64,000 bases of DNA from the IMG/VR virus record IMGVR_UViG_3300045391_005020; one strand, written 5' to 3'. A program made the translations under genes and the position numbers. The notes under the pieces were generated by a model that saw only the letters and a list, made by a program, of their open reading frames with translations, did not search any database and was not told where the DNA came from. Of this stretch, positions 19,045 through 28,778 are shown one piece after another (the first letter of the stretch is position 1; every line of letters starts with the position of its first letter). The stretch is from a virus (Duplodnaviria > Caudoviricetes).

Positions 19045-19448
19045 TGGACGCTTCCGATCTTGTCGGTGCCGACGATCTGCTGTTTGAACAGACCGTCGTA
19101 TTTGTCCTCTTGTTCGAGGGTATATCGGAGGTGTACCAGCATTTCACGGCGGCCTTGCTTGCGCGCCAGGTTCGAACGTCGGAATGCCTCAAGAGCATCG
19201 ATCTGAAGCAGCAGCCCGATCTGGTCGTCGCTCGAGTACTCACCTGTCTGGCTGGTATGAGCAGCCAGCAAGGTTTTCTCGAGTTCCTCCGTGACCGGCA
19301 TCCCGTATTTTCCAGGGTCCAAATCAAACGGTTGTGGCTCGACTTCAGCAAAATCGGCCGACTCCAAAGCATTACTCAGTTGGACGCGCGACTGTTTGCG
19401 AGCCTTGATAAATTCCTTGGTCTCATCGTAGATCTGACGCTTACTCAT
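19041..19448 (-). CDS. Hypothetical protein
   Basis: ATG 19448 overlaps the sigma stop; helical, charged. Confidence 0.65.
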   Translation of the reverse strand: MSKRQIYDETKEFIKARKQSRVQLSNALESADFAEVEPQPFDLDPGKYGMPVTEELEKTLLAAHTSQTGEYSSDDQIGLLLQIDALEAFRRSNLARKQGRREMLVHLRYTLEQEDKYDGLFKQQIVGTDKIGSVQ

Positions 19449-20307
19449 AGAACTGGTCCAATCTCGCCTGGATCCTGGCAGCACGTTGGCTCACGGCCGA
19501 CGGCGACAGCTTGAGGCGTTTGGCAATCTCTTGGTTCGACAGCTCGGGTGCGTTTCGGTAGCCGGTACGGTACTGCAGGATCAGACGATCGATGTCGCCG
19601 AGATCGTGGTAGACCGCGTCGAGCCAATCCTGCTCGGGTGTGCTGGCGTTCTGGACGTGGTCGTAAGAGGAATCGTCCTCGTCGTTCTCGTCTTGGTTCT
19701 CGATTACGCTGAGCGGAACGCCCTGACGCATCTTTGCCCGTACTTTGACGACACGCTTGACGGGAAGGCCAGTCGAGTCGGCGATCTCTTCGTCTGAGGC
19801 TTCGCGACCCAGGTTGTTCTGGATGTCGTCGATGGCGCGCAGAACAGCGCCGCGGTCCTGCCGCAGCTGTCTCGGCAGCGCGAGCGGCTCCTGAATCTGC
19901 GAGGTCGTGTGGCGAAGTTCCTGGAGGTGTTGGGAGACGTGCGTCTTGAGGTTCGCCCCGAGAGTCGGGTCGAACGACTTCACGGCCTTGACTGCGAGCA
20001 GCTTGGCGCGCTGACGGATGATCGGGTTGTCGGTACCAGCGTAGTGTTTGACGGCCGCGTCGATCGAGGGCTGCAGCTCTTTGATGACAGCCTGCATGGT
20101 GTCGCGGCCCGGCTTTGTCCGGTACGCGTCAATCGGCTTGATTTCGGACTTCGCCTCTGGTCCAGTCTCGCCCAACAGATCGAACGCGTGCCCCAGTGCC
20201 GGCTTAGGCGGGCGGCTGGGTGAGGGAAGCGCCCCGGTATTGCTCGGTCCAAATGGGGTGAGTGTAGGACTCGAACTCGAGGTTTTGTTGTGCGGTCGAT
20301 CGAACAT
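19441..20307 (-). CDS. Phage-encoded RNA polymerase sigma-70-family factor (FliA/SigF-like architecture)
   Basis: Region 2 AVKSFDPTLGANLKTHV, region 3 LGREASDEEIADSTGLP, region 4 HTH LSNQEIAKRLKLSPSAVSQ; true start may lie downstream of 20307 because of a 100-nt overlap. Confidence 0.85.
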   Translation of the reverse strand: MFDRPHNKTSSSSPTLTPFGPSNTGALPSPSRPPKPALGHAFDLLGETGPEAKSEIKPIDAYRTKPGRDTMQAVIKELQPSIDAAVKHYAGTDNPIIRQRAKLLAVKAVKSFDPTLGANLKTHVSQHLQELRHTTSQIQEPLALPRQLRQDRGAVLRAIDDIQNNLGREASDEEIADSTGLPVKRVVKVRAKMRQGVPLSVIENQDENDEDDSSYDHVQNASTPEQDWLDAVYHDLGDIDRLILQYRTGYRNAPELSNQEIAKRLKLSPSAVSQRAARIQARLDQFYE

Positions 20308-21679
20308 ACCCGACTTCTAACACTGTCCCGGCGGTTTTTGACACGGCATCTGCCGTTAGCTTAACCATTTGGACCGATCCGTAAACCGCAGTATTACCAC
20401 CAAACCCGGCAATCGTAGGGTATTGTATTTTAACTGGCGTCAGGCACCCGATATCCAGTCGCAATGGGCACACCACCTGGAGGGTGCGGCCCACGTAGGC
20501 CTGCTCGAGCGCCAGTTCTTTGCAGTATCCGTCGGTGATGTCCTTCTGGGCGCTCGCGGTCCCGATGACCTGACCGGTGCGGTTGATGAGCTGGCCCATC
20601 CAAGCGGGCGACTGGACCGGCATCACAATCCCGAGCGGCTTTTGGTCGAGTCCAGGTCGGATGTGGCTTCCGATCACCAGGTTCTTTGAACCGCGGGTCT
20701 CGATGCTGCTTGGGCCGGACTGGGTCATCACGACGCCTCCGCAGCTCTCCGGTTGCTGATCCTGCCACTCGACCGCGATGATGCTGCTGGGCATGATCGA
20801 GACTGCGTGGCTGCTCGGAAAGAACGGGCTATACGGAACCACGGCGATCCCGAGTGGACTCTCAACGGTCCTGAATTTGAACTCCTGCCCAAGGCTGACG
20901 ATGCGCGTGAAGAACGAGTGCATCCTGAAGTCGCCGGAGAACAGGGCTGTTAGGTAGCGCGCCAGATTACTGCTGAAGGTAACACTAGCCCAGCTCCCCT
21001 TTGGGGTGAGGCGCCCTCTGATGGTCCCAAGAATTTCGGCGGCAGTTGTGTTGGTGGATCGCAGGACAGCCGCGAGTTGGTTGAGCGCGAGCGGATCCGT
21101 CGACCGTCCGGCGCCTGAGGTTGCGATGGCGTTCAGAACGCGCCGCAGTTCCACCCAGAAATCTTTGCTGAGCTCGGCCCCGATGAAGTTTGGATTGTTG
21201 TTGGCGATCTGCGGATCGCGGTCCGTCTGACCGATCGGAACCGTAGTGTCCAGGAACGAGTTGGGTACCAACTTGCTCAACTGGAGTGTTCCTGTGTTGA
21301 GCTTGGCAGCGTTGCTGACCAGAGCGATCTGAAGGTTGAAGGCACCCTTCGAGAGATTCGATGGGCCCGTATCGTTGACTACGCCATCGAAAATCTTGTG
21401 CGACCCGGCGGGAACCAACGTGGTGTTTTCAGCTGGGTCCTTCACCGTTTCCTCTACGTCCATCCAGACAGTGGCCGGGGTACCGCGAGGAAATTCGAAT
21501 TGAGTGACGCCAGTCTTGCCGTCAGCGCGCAACCCGACCGAGAAGTCTGCAGTCGCGACCGACAACGTATTGGATAGGAACGTTACGTCGAACTTCGCGA
21601 GCGGATACGACTGTCCACCGATGTCGACCCGCGCCGTGAACGGTATCGCCGTCGTCTTGATGATGTCAGCGTCGCTCAT
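20204..21679 (-). CDS. Putative baseplate hub protein
   Basis: 491 aa, IFDGVV motif near the N-terminus, position downstream of tape measure. Confidence 0.5.
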   Translation of the reverse strand: MSDADIIKTTAIPFTARVDIGGQSYPLAKFDVTFLSNTLSVATADFSVGLRADGKTGVTQFEFPRGTPATVWMDVEETVKDPAENTTLVPAGSHKIFDGVVNDTGPSNLSKGAFNLQIALVSNAAKLNTGTLQLSKLVPNSFLDTTVPIGQTDRDPQIANNNPNFIGAELSKDFWVELRRVLNAIATSGAGRSTDPLALNQLAAVLRSTNTTAAEILGTIRGRLTPKGSWASVTFSSNLARYLTALFSGDFRMHSFFTRIVSLGQEFKFRTVESPLGIAVVPYSPFFPSSHAVSIMPSSIIAVEWQDQQPESCGGVVMTQSGPSSIETRGSKNLVIGSHIRPGLDQKPLGIVMPVQSPAWMGQLINRTGQVIGTASAQKDITDGYCKELALEQAYVGRTLQVVCPLRLDIGCLTPVKIQYPTIAGFGGNTAVYGSVQMVKLTADAVSKTAGTVLEVGYVRSTAQQNLEFESYTHPIWTEQYRGASLTQPPA

Positions 21680-22377
21680 CGGTCAGCAAGCCCCACCACA
21701 ACCGCGGCCAGCCGGTCCAGCTTGAGCGGAGTGTGGAGATACCAGTGCATGAGCTCTGGCGTCAAAACCGCAGCCGGATTCACTCGATCTAGTTTGTCGA
21801 GTGCGTCCGCAACCCAATTGGCACCGTGGCGCTTGTACGACACCGTCCACGAATCTCCGGTCTGCGGCGCGTTTCCGTAGACGCGCACCGCTCCGCGATC
21901 GAGTGGGAGATTGATGAGGCTCGAAATTCCGTCGTTCATCGAAAACGAGGAGGGCCTGGAGTTTCCGAGATCGTCGGTCGTCGTCGCCGTAGTGGTGGAC
22001 GTGAGAGTCACGGTCCACTCAGCGGTGTCCGGGGTGTCGGAGTTGATCACCAAGTTGAGCGACGATGGATTGGAATTCGACCCGGTGTACTGAACCACTA
22101 TTCCGGAGAGCGCGAGGCGGTCCTGGATCGCTTTCGGCGAGTAGGTGACGCGATGGTCTTTGGCGGTGATGTGGTGCGTCAGCGGAGACTCGGCCACGAG
22201 TGCGGTCAGTTGCAGACAGCGCAGAAAGTGTTCTTCGCGTGACAGGCCGGTTCCGATCACGGTGGCGCGGATACTCGCCTCTTCGGGCGAGACGACGCGT
22301 TCGGTGAATTCGGGCCACACGAAGCCGCCCGGCGCGATCGGGTTGTTATCCAGGGTGGCGAGGAAGTGATTGATCAT
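21676..22377 (-). CDS. Hypothetical tail/baseplate protein
   Basis: ATGA overlaps at both ends. Confidence 0.65.
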   Translation of the reverse strand: MINHFLATLDNNPIAPGGFVWPEFTERVVSPEEASIRATVIGTGLSREEHFLRCLQLTALVAESPLTHHITAKDHRVTYSPKAIQDRLALSGIVVQYTGSNSNPSSLNLVINSDTPDTAEWTVTLTSTTTATTTDDLGNSRPSSFSMNDGISSLINLPLDRGAVRVYGNAPQTGDSWTVSYKRHGANWVADALDKLDRVNPAAVLTPELMHWYLHTPLKLDRLAAVVVGLADR

Positions 22378-22832
22378 TGGGCCAACCAAGCTGCGAACTG
22401 GAGGGTGCCCGCAAACAGGTAGCCGGATTCGCTAGCGGCCGACAGTTTGAATCCGGTCACGTATCCCAGGAACGTCTTCTTCCCGATGGTCAGCTGACCC
22501 GGCAGTGGGTTAGTCGGGCTCAGGCGTTTCTCGGCGTAGTACTGAATCAGTTGGTCAGTGCCGCGTTCCGAATCACCGCCGGAGTCACCGCATGAACTGT
22601 TCAGGATCATGCTGACCAGCATGGTTCCGATATTGTCGCCGAATGGCACCACGTAGATGGCCCGATCCAGCGAGGCCTGAAACTGAGCGGCGACGGATTG
22701 ATCGACCTCGAGCTTGGTCACCACGCCGTGCAGCTGTGCTCCGTTGAGGTCGATCGATAGCGCCATGGCCTGCGGATTGTGCGATTTAATCGCAACCAGA
22801 CGTCCTGGAGTTCCGTCGAAGATAACGCTCAT
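22374..22832 (-). CDS. Tube-like tail initiator/baseplate protein
   Basis: 152 aa beta-rich, YVVPFGD..G motif, immediately after tape measure. Confidence 0.5.
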   Translation of the reverse strand: MSVIFDGTPGRLVAIKSHNPQAMALSIDLNGAQLHGVVTKLEVDQSVAAQFQASLDRAIYVVPFGDNIGTMLVSMILNSSCGDSGGDSERGTDQLIQYYAEKRLSPTNPLPGQLTIGKKTFLGYVTGFKLSAASESGYLFAGTLQFAAWLAQ

Positions 22833-25120
22833 TTGGTACCACCTGGCCCGACGCCGTGGACCTGTCTGAAGCGTGCGTCAGGCGTAATACTGGCAGTCGC
22901 GGTCGCCTTCGACGAAGGAATTTCCTGTCCGTTCTCGTCCATGATCTTGATCATGACCTGCACGGCCATCGGTTCCTTCTCGGTGCTGCTCGCAGATCCA
23001 ACCTTTCCAGCTTCAGCGGCCTGATCCTTCGCGACTTCCGCGGCGCCCTTGGCAGCTGGGTCATACTTCTGCTCCAAGAAGTTCGAGATCTGGGTGTCAC
23101 CGGCCATCAGGGTCTTGTTCGCTTTTCCGAGCTTCTCGATCGCAGCCTTGCGCTGCTCCGGAGTCGCGTCCTTCGAGTCCAAAATCTTCTGGGCATCTTC
23201 GGCGTCCGTCTCGGCCTTCGAATACGCCTCCCTGTCTGCCTTGTCCATCGCCTCGAGCGCTTGCTGGAGTTCTTCTGGAGCGGCGAGTCCGGCGCTCGCC
23301 GCCGCGGCAGCGAAGTTTCCGGTCTTGAGTAGCGTCTGGAGATTTTTGATCAGACCAGCACCATGAGCCTCGTGCAGCGCGTCGCCGATCATATCCGAAG
23401 TGCTGAGTCGACGACCCTCTTCCTTGACCGCTTCATCCGACTGTCCGACACCGCGAGCCTGCGCCGCGCGAGACAAGTACTGTTGGAAATACGGATCCTC
23501 CGACATGCCGGATCGCAGCACTTCCTTCACATCGCCGCCAACCGACAAACCGTTCAGGGCGGCATCGAAGTCCATCGACTGGTAGCCGAGCAGCATCTTG
23601 TTTTGCTCTTCTCGGTTGAGCGCTTTGAACGCGCGAAGCTTCGGGTCATCCTCGCCGAGCATCTCTTCGATCTCGCGCATCGCCAGGCCCGGGAAGGTAC
23701 GGCTGAGGTCGAAGCCTCGCATGCGACCCTGCTTGGCAAGTTCGCCGCTCACGATGCTGAATTGAGCGTCCGTCGCGTTCACGCCGGCAGCCTGCATTGC
23801 GCGAGCTTTTCCGGACGTCGCCTTCTGAATTCCGGTGAGGTATTCCGCGATCTCGTCCGAATCGCCGCGCTGCAGCACATCCATCAGGTGTTCTTTATCG
23901 GCCGCGTCGCCGGCGATCATGATTCCAGCCATGGTGCGCATGTATCCGGCTTTTCCGTATTCGGCAGTCGCTTCCGCTGCCTCCTGGCCGCGTAATTCAG
24001 CAATACCTCCCATGAGTCCGCGATGCTCAGCAGCAGCGCCGGTGCGCATGGTGCGCTCGACCAGTTTTCCTTGCGCTGCGGCTTCCATGTTGAACAGCAA
24101 GCTTCCGCCGCTGTGCATCTGGAGAGCGCGGCCTGCGTTCATCATCTCTTGGGCCGTCATACCGGCGGCACGACCGAGGCCTTCCAACTCATTCAGGAGC
24201 TTGGTGATCGCGTGGGACTCGGTTCCCGAGTTTGCGGTCAGTCCCATCTGCTGTTGAATCATCGCGATCTCGCCAGCACTCGCCCCGGGAGCAATCGAGT
24301 TACGGATTGCCCGCCCGATCTCGGCCTGATTCTTGCCAACGCGCATACGTTCCATGGCGTCTATGTCGGCCTGCGATTTTCCTGCCGCACGCATTCGGTT
24401 ACGATCTTCCTGCGTGAAATCGGTATCGATCAGGCCCAAGTCGGCCCCGAGCTCTACAAAAGTTGCGAAATCGTCGCGAGTGAACCCGGCCATGTTGGTG
24501 GCGCGGCGGTATCGCCGGCCGTCCTTCTCTCCGACCGTGAATTCGTCGAACGCCGCGCCGAGCGCATCCATGCGGTGCTGATTGAACCGACCCATCGGAT
24601 CCATCATCTGAGCCGTCGTGGCCAGTGTCCGACCGGCGTCGAAGACGGCAGTAGGAGACATCGCGAGCTGGAGGTTCCTGAGCTCGGGCATCATCTGCAT
24701 CATCATCGGGCTCATGCCGCTCAGCATTTTCCCAAAGCCTTGGGTAGGATCCATTCCGAGCGCTCGAACCATGTCGGTCCCTTGCGCACCGAGGCTAAAC
24801 GAGCCCACCGCGCGCTGCAGAGCGAGCTGCTCACGCTGCAGGTACGTGTTTGCGAATGGCGACATCTGGTAGGGGGTCAGGTCGATGTTGAACGACTGCC
24901 CCAACATGGCTGCGACCATCGCAGCGGTCTGGCCGGTTTGTCCCCCGCCGGCGAGAGTGCCGAACAGACCGCCTCCACCCTGGCCGTACATGCTCGGCAT
25001 CGACATGCGTGGCACGTACGTGCTCGGTCCGCCCATCCCGGCCTGACCCTGGGTCAGTGCCTGGAGGATGACCGGCATCATCGCCATCATCATCGATTGG
25101 AAGTCTAGTTCGTCAGCCAC
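22829..25120 (-). CDS. Putative tape measure protein
   Basis: 763 aa, Ala/Gly/Met-rich helical protein, preceded by an overlapping chaperone pair and followed by baseplate genes. Confidence 0.7.
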   Translation of the reverse strand: MADELDFQSMMMAMMPVILQALTQGQAGMGGPSTYVPRMSMPSMYGQGGGGLFGTLAGGGQTGQTAAMVAAMLGQSFNIDLTPYQMSPFANTYLQREQLALQRAVGSFSLGAQGTDMVRALGMDPTQGFGKMLSGMSPMMMQMMPELRNLQLAMSPTAVFDAGRTLATTAQMMDPMGRFNQHRMDALGAAFDEFTVGEKDGRRYRRATNMAGFTRDDFATFVELGADLGLIDTDFTQEDRNRMRAAGKSQADIDAMERMRVGKNQAEIGRAIRNSIAPGASAGEIAMIQQQMGLTANSGTESHAITKLLNELEGLGRAAGMTAQEMMNAGRALQMHSGGSLLFNMEAAAQGKLVERTMRTGAAAEHRGLMGGIAELRGQEAAEATAEYGKAGYMRTMAGIMIAGDAADKEHLMDVLQRGDSDEIAEYLTGIQKATSGKARAMQAAGVNATDAQFSIVSGELAKQGRMRGFDLSRTFPGLAMREIEEMLGEDDPKLRAFKALNREEQNKMLLGYQSMDFDAALNGLSVGGDVKEVLRSGMSEDPYFQQYLSRAAQARGVGQSDEAVKEEGRRLSTSDMIGDALHEAHGAGLIKNLQTLLKTGNFAAAAASAGLAAPEELQQALEAMDKADREAYSKAETDAEDAQKILDSKDATPEQRKAAIEKLGKANKTLMAGDTQISNFLEQKYDPAAKGAAEVAKDQAAEAGKVGSASSTEKEPMAVQVMIKIMDENGQEIPSSKATATASITPDARFRQVHGVGPGGTK

Positions 25121-25464
25121 TGCTCAAGGTCCTTCGGATCAGCGAACTCGAGGTACCATTGGACGATCGGGTCGAGGCTGTCGCGCATCTGTACATTTTG
25201 CTTCTTTGGATCACCAAACCAAGGCATGGCTTCAGCTTGGAACCGTTCGATGGCGTCGATCGCGTAGTTCTGACGGAACTCGGCATCCTGGCCCAGATCG
25301 GTCATGGCCTGGACTCCAATTGCCCGCTGGGCAACCAGTTCCATCACTCGTAGGTAGATCTGGCGCTCAACGTCCCGCATCCGGAGTCGAGCACCGACCC
25401 ACCACCGTTGGGACTGATCACAAGCCTTGAAGTCGATCGCGCCGATATCCGAGGCACGCACCAT
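25105..25464 (-). CDS. Tail assembly chaperone, downstream (T-like) ORF
   Basis: -1 frame relative to the upstream chaperone, open from 25548; ATG in TGATG overlap. Confidence 0.65.
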   Translation of the reverse strand: MVRASDIGAIDFKACDQSQRWWVGARLRMRDVERQIYLRVMELVAQRAIGVQAMTDLGQDAEFRQNYAIDAIERFQAEAMPWFGDPKKQNVQMRDSLDPIVQWYLEFADPKDLEQWLTN

Positions 25465-26291
25465 CAGGTGCCGGATACGGCTTTCCAAAAATCCGGGTTG
25501 TTGGCGTTCAGGGTCATTTTGGCGACCAGGATTTCGAATCGGACCCACTCGGTCCGGAGCGCCACCACGAGCGGATGCGGCAGGTCCTTGAGGAGCTGAT
25601 CATACGCGACCCGGATGGCGCCGCGGTACTGGTCGTCCTCTTTGGTTTTGGCCTCGAACGGTTTGAATATGCGCGGCACGCCGCCTGGAGACTGAAGTGT
25701 CATCAGTGCGGCGGTGAACTGGTAGTCGCGCAAGCGACGCAACCGATCGGCAGCCACGATCTCACTCGCGGCAGGTCCGACCAGACCGTCGCGACGTTCG
25801 TCGCGGTAGGTCTGTTGACCGCACTCTTCTTCCTCGGCCGCGCTGCGAGTCCGGAAGGTGACTTCGATGTTGCCGTCGAATAGTTTGTAGGACTTGCTGA
25901 AGAACGGCGCACCGAGCAAGAGGGCCAGGAACTTCTTCTTGTCGTCGGCCTCGACCGGCTGCTCGGCTTCCTTGGTCGCCCAATCCGGATTGATACCACT
26001 GAGTCCAGCCGCGGATGCCCCGCCGTCGGTCCCGCCTACTTTCTTTGCGTTGTCCTCGGGACGCGGACCTTCGGTTTCGTGGGTGAAGCTGGTTTCGAGC
26101 TTCTTGGCAGTCTTGATGCGCTCGATCACACCTGGAGGCGGAACTGGAACCGAGACCTTTGCGGCTTGCTCAGCCGGCTTCTCATCTGCGGCAGGAACCA
26201 CGCGGTCGCCGACGATCCGGCCGGTGCCGGCGAGTGCGTCGAGTTCATCTTGGGTCAGTTCAGTTACTTTGAGGCCTTGAGGCTGATTCAT
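25464..26291 (-). CDS. Tail assembly chaperone (G-like) with disordered N-terminus
   Basis: Position before tape measure; VTFRTRS..EE motif; ends NPDFW. Confidence 0.65.
   Translation of the reverse strand: MNQPQGLKVTELTQDELDALAGTGRIVGDRVVPAADEKPAEQAAKVSVPVPPPGVIERIKTAKKLETSFTHETEGPRPEDNAKKVGGTDGGASAAGLSGINPDWATKEAEQPVEADDKKKFLALLLGAPFFSKSYKLFDGNIEVTFRTRSAAEEEECGQQTYRDERRDGLVGPAASEIVAADRLRRLRDYQFTAALMTLQSPGGVPRIFKPFEAKTKEDDQYRGAIRVAYDQLLKDLPHPLVVALRTEWVRFEILVAKMTLNANNPDFWKAVSGT
25488..25494 (-). other. Candidate -1 ribosomal frameshift slippery site G GAT TTT
   Basis: GGATTTTTGG near the end of the first chaperone ORF; the -1 frame is open into the next ORF. Confidence 0.5.
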
Positions 26292-28639
26292 GGTTTCTTC
26301 CCGATGCGGTAGTTGCGGTCTACGGTCACGTTGGTTTCATTCTCGAGCTCCGGTTCCGTCTCGTCGGTGGCTGGCTTGACCTCACCGGTCGCAAGGTCGA
26401 CGAACAGATCGACGTTGTGCAGCCGGAACGTGGATTGGGTACTCCACGCCTCGTAACCCGGAAGCGCCGATGTCGGCCGGCTGTCGCCGGCGGGCGACAG
26501 GATGGTCTTCTCGACCCACGTTTCGGATGCTCCGCGATTGCCGCGACGCGCGATGGTCTGCCAGCGCGACTCTGGTAATTCGAACGAGCGTTCGTGGTCG
26601 AGATTCAACTGCTGCGAGGTCATGAAAGAGAAGCCGAGCTTCGGCGACAGTTCTTGATTGAGCGGGGTCCTGAGACCCAGGAGTTTGGTCAGCTTGGTGA
26701 TCGCGGCGGTCACGAGTTTGCCCGCCAGGGTCTGGAGCGTGTCGGCCTGCTTGGAGTAAGGTGAGGTGTTGAAGCTCTTGATCTGGCCAACGCCTCCGAC
26801 GGCCCCGACTCCGCCCGTTGCGCTGACGTTTCCATCGACTGCGATGTCGCCGTCGACAAAGAAACCTTCGCTCACGTAGGCAGGACCGTCGACCGAGAGC
26901 TGCCCTGGCATTGTGGCGGAATCAGCCAAGAACGAGTAGTGGCTGACCTCTCCGACCGCGACCAGCATCTGGTTATCGAGCTTGAACGTCATCGAGACTG
27001 ACTTCACCACGGTGTCGCCGGTGAGGGCCTGCAGGACCAAGTCACCGCTCGTGGCGGTCACGCCCACTTGCGTGCCTTCGCCGTACAGGCCGGTCTTGCT
27101 CTTGAGCACAATGCCACCGATCTGCTGATCTGTACCGGTCCCGGACTTGGATGTGTCGGCGGTTGAACGCGATTCGATAAGGACGCCGCCCTGCCCGCCA
27201 TTGGCGCCCAGAAGTGCGAGCTGATCTTCCGCTTTTACACTGACGCGACCGGTATTTGCGGCCACGTCGATATGCCGGTTAGCGCGCAGTCCAGCATCGC
27301 GGCCCGCGATCGCGACCAGGTTTCTTCCGGCCGCGAGCACGATGTCGTTCGGGGCGCTGATCATGACCGATCCGCCGCTCATCAGCACTTGGCTATGGAA
27401 TGCGTCCTCGACCAGAACTGATCCGTCGGGCATCAGGGCCACGAGCGAGCGGCCCACGTAGAACCGCTTGGTCTTCTCGTGTTCGTCGACCGTGATGTCG
27501 AATCCGGCGGCGCGCGGCATGCGGCGCCACATGTCCGCGGTGTAGACCGTGTGGGTCAGGTCCGCAGGGACTTCTTCCGGGCTTCCGTTATCCGGCCACT
27601 GTTCGGGCAGGCGCTCGACTCCGCCGCGGCCCTTGAACGACGTCACCGAGTGGACGACGTCCAGTGCACGTTGGGCCCACGTCAGACCATCCGCATCGCC
27701 CGTCAGGGCTTTGCGTGGATCGGTCACGACGCCTTCACGAACGTCCGGTTCGTCGAGCGGTTGCTCTTCCAGAAGAGCCGGATCGCTTGGTACTTCGGCC
27801 TGCGATTCTTCCGGAACCACGATGCCAGCGTAGCGCTGTAGGTACACTCCGGCCGCGCTGGTAACCGAGTAGGATCCGTCGGTCCCGACAAACTCATGGA
27901 ACAGGGCCGGGCGCGCGACGCCTCGCTCGGCGCTTGGAGCGACGAAGCGATGACGACCACCGTGCACGGCCCCGCCCAGCTCGAGCGTGCGAGGCTGCAT
28001 GTCCTGCACGGCCTCATACGGGTAGAACACGCGGCCGGCAGAATCCACGATCGCGTTTCCAAGCCGACGGTCGTAGGCGGTCTCGGCCAAGGTTAGGAAC
28101 TCGAAATCGAGGCCGGCCAGGCGCGTTACTTGGGAATCGTGCCAGCACCAGAGACCGCAATACGGACCGCCGCGGATCCAGCTGCGGAACAGCTCGACTC
28201 CAACGCCTCCGCCTCCGTGCGGGCTGGTCATCGCCCACTCGCCGTTCACGAGGTCGTGCATCGCGTCGTTTGGACGGGTGGTCAGCTGATGGATCGTCTG
28301 GTCGTACATCCGGCCGATCGCGCGCTCGTGGCTTTTGAAACCGGAGACCTGCGGGTACACGGACGGCTGCTGAGGATCGACTGCCGAATCCATGGGGAAG
28401 ATCGGGAGGGTCGTGGCGATGATATGGCAGAGCCATTCGCCCGGGTTGAAGGCAACCCACACGTAGGTTCCAGCCACGATGGTACCGGACTCCACTATTC
28501 CGCCCGGGCCGCGCGATGTGCCGCTGTAGGTGCCTCGGAAACGGCCGAAATCGGTGATGACCTCGTAGTGGTTGGTACCCTGGTAGACGCCGACAATTTG
28601 CCCTATGGTGATCTGGAAGGGCTGATAGATACCCGGCAT
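26288..28639 (-). CDS. Baseplate central spike (gp5/VgrG-like) protein
   Basis: N-terminal OB-fold-like region followed by beta-helix-type repeats (VMISAPNDIVLAAGRNL, VSVKAEDQL, IVLKSKTG). Confidence 0.65.
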   Translation of the reverse strand: MPGIYQPFQITIGQIVGVYQGTNHYEVITDFGRFRGTYSGTSRGPGGIVESGTIVAGTYVWVAFNPGEWLCHIIATTLPIFPMDSAVDPQQPSVYPQVSGFKSHERAIGRMYDQTIHQLTTRPNDAMHDLVNGEWAMTSPHGGGGVGVELFRSWIRGGPYCGLWCWHDSQVTRLAGLDFEFLTLAETAYDRRLGNAIVDSAGRVFYPYEAVQDMQPRTLELGGAVHGGRHRFVAPSAERGVARPALFHEFVGTDGSYSVTSAAGVYLQRYAGIVVPEESQAEVPSDPALLEEQPLDEPDVREGVVTDPRKALTGDADGLTWAQRALDVVHSVTSFKGRGGVERLPEQWPDNGSPEEVPADLTHTVYTADMWRRMPRAAGFDITVDEHEKTKRFYVGRSLVALMPDGSVLVEDAFHSQVLMSGGSVMISAPNDIVLAAGRNLVAIAGRDAGLRANRHIDVAANTGRVSVKAEDQLALLGANGGQGGVLIESRSTADTSKSGTGTDQQIGGIVLKSKTGLYGEGTQVGVTATSGDLVLQALTGDTVVKSVSMTFKLDNQMLVAVGEVSHYSFLADSATMPGQLSVDGPAYVSEGFFVDGDIAVDGNVSATGGVGAVGGVGQIKSFNTSPYSKQADTLQTLAGKLVTAAITKLTKLLGLRTPLNQELSPKLGFSFMTSQQLNLDHERSFELPESRWQTIARRGNRGASETWVEKTILSPAGDSRPTSALPGYEAWSTQSTFRLHNVDLFVDLATGEVKPATDETEPELENETNVTVDRNYRIGKKP

Positions 28640-28646
28640 AGCCTCT

Positions 28647-28674
28647 AAAGTAACATTACTGCCGGTAAAAGCAA
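28647..28674 (-). promoter_or_regulatory. Putative promoter TTGCTT-N16-TACTTT, probably leaderless
   Basis: -10 ends 7 nt before ATG 28639. Confidence 0.5.
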
Positions 28675-28744
28675 ACCTATTGAACCGATGAACCGATCGT
28701 GTAGCTGGCCGTAACCGTCGGGCCCTCCGTAGGATACGGTTTTC

Positions 28745-28773
28745 TTGCGATTAGACAACTTCTGGGGTACATA
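28745..28773 (+). promoter_or_regulatory. Putative promoter TTGCGA-N17-TACATA
   Basis: -10 ends 5 nt before ATG 28779; no SD. Confidence 0.4.
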
Positions 28774-28778
28774 GCTAC

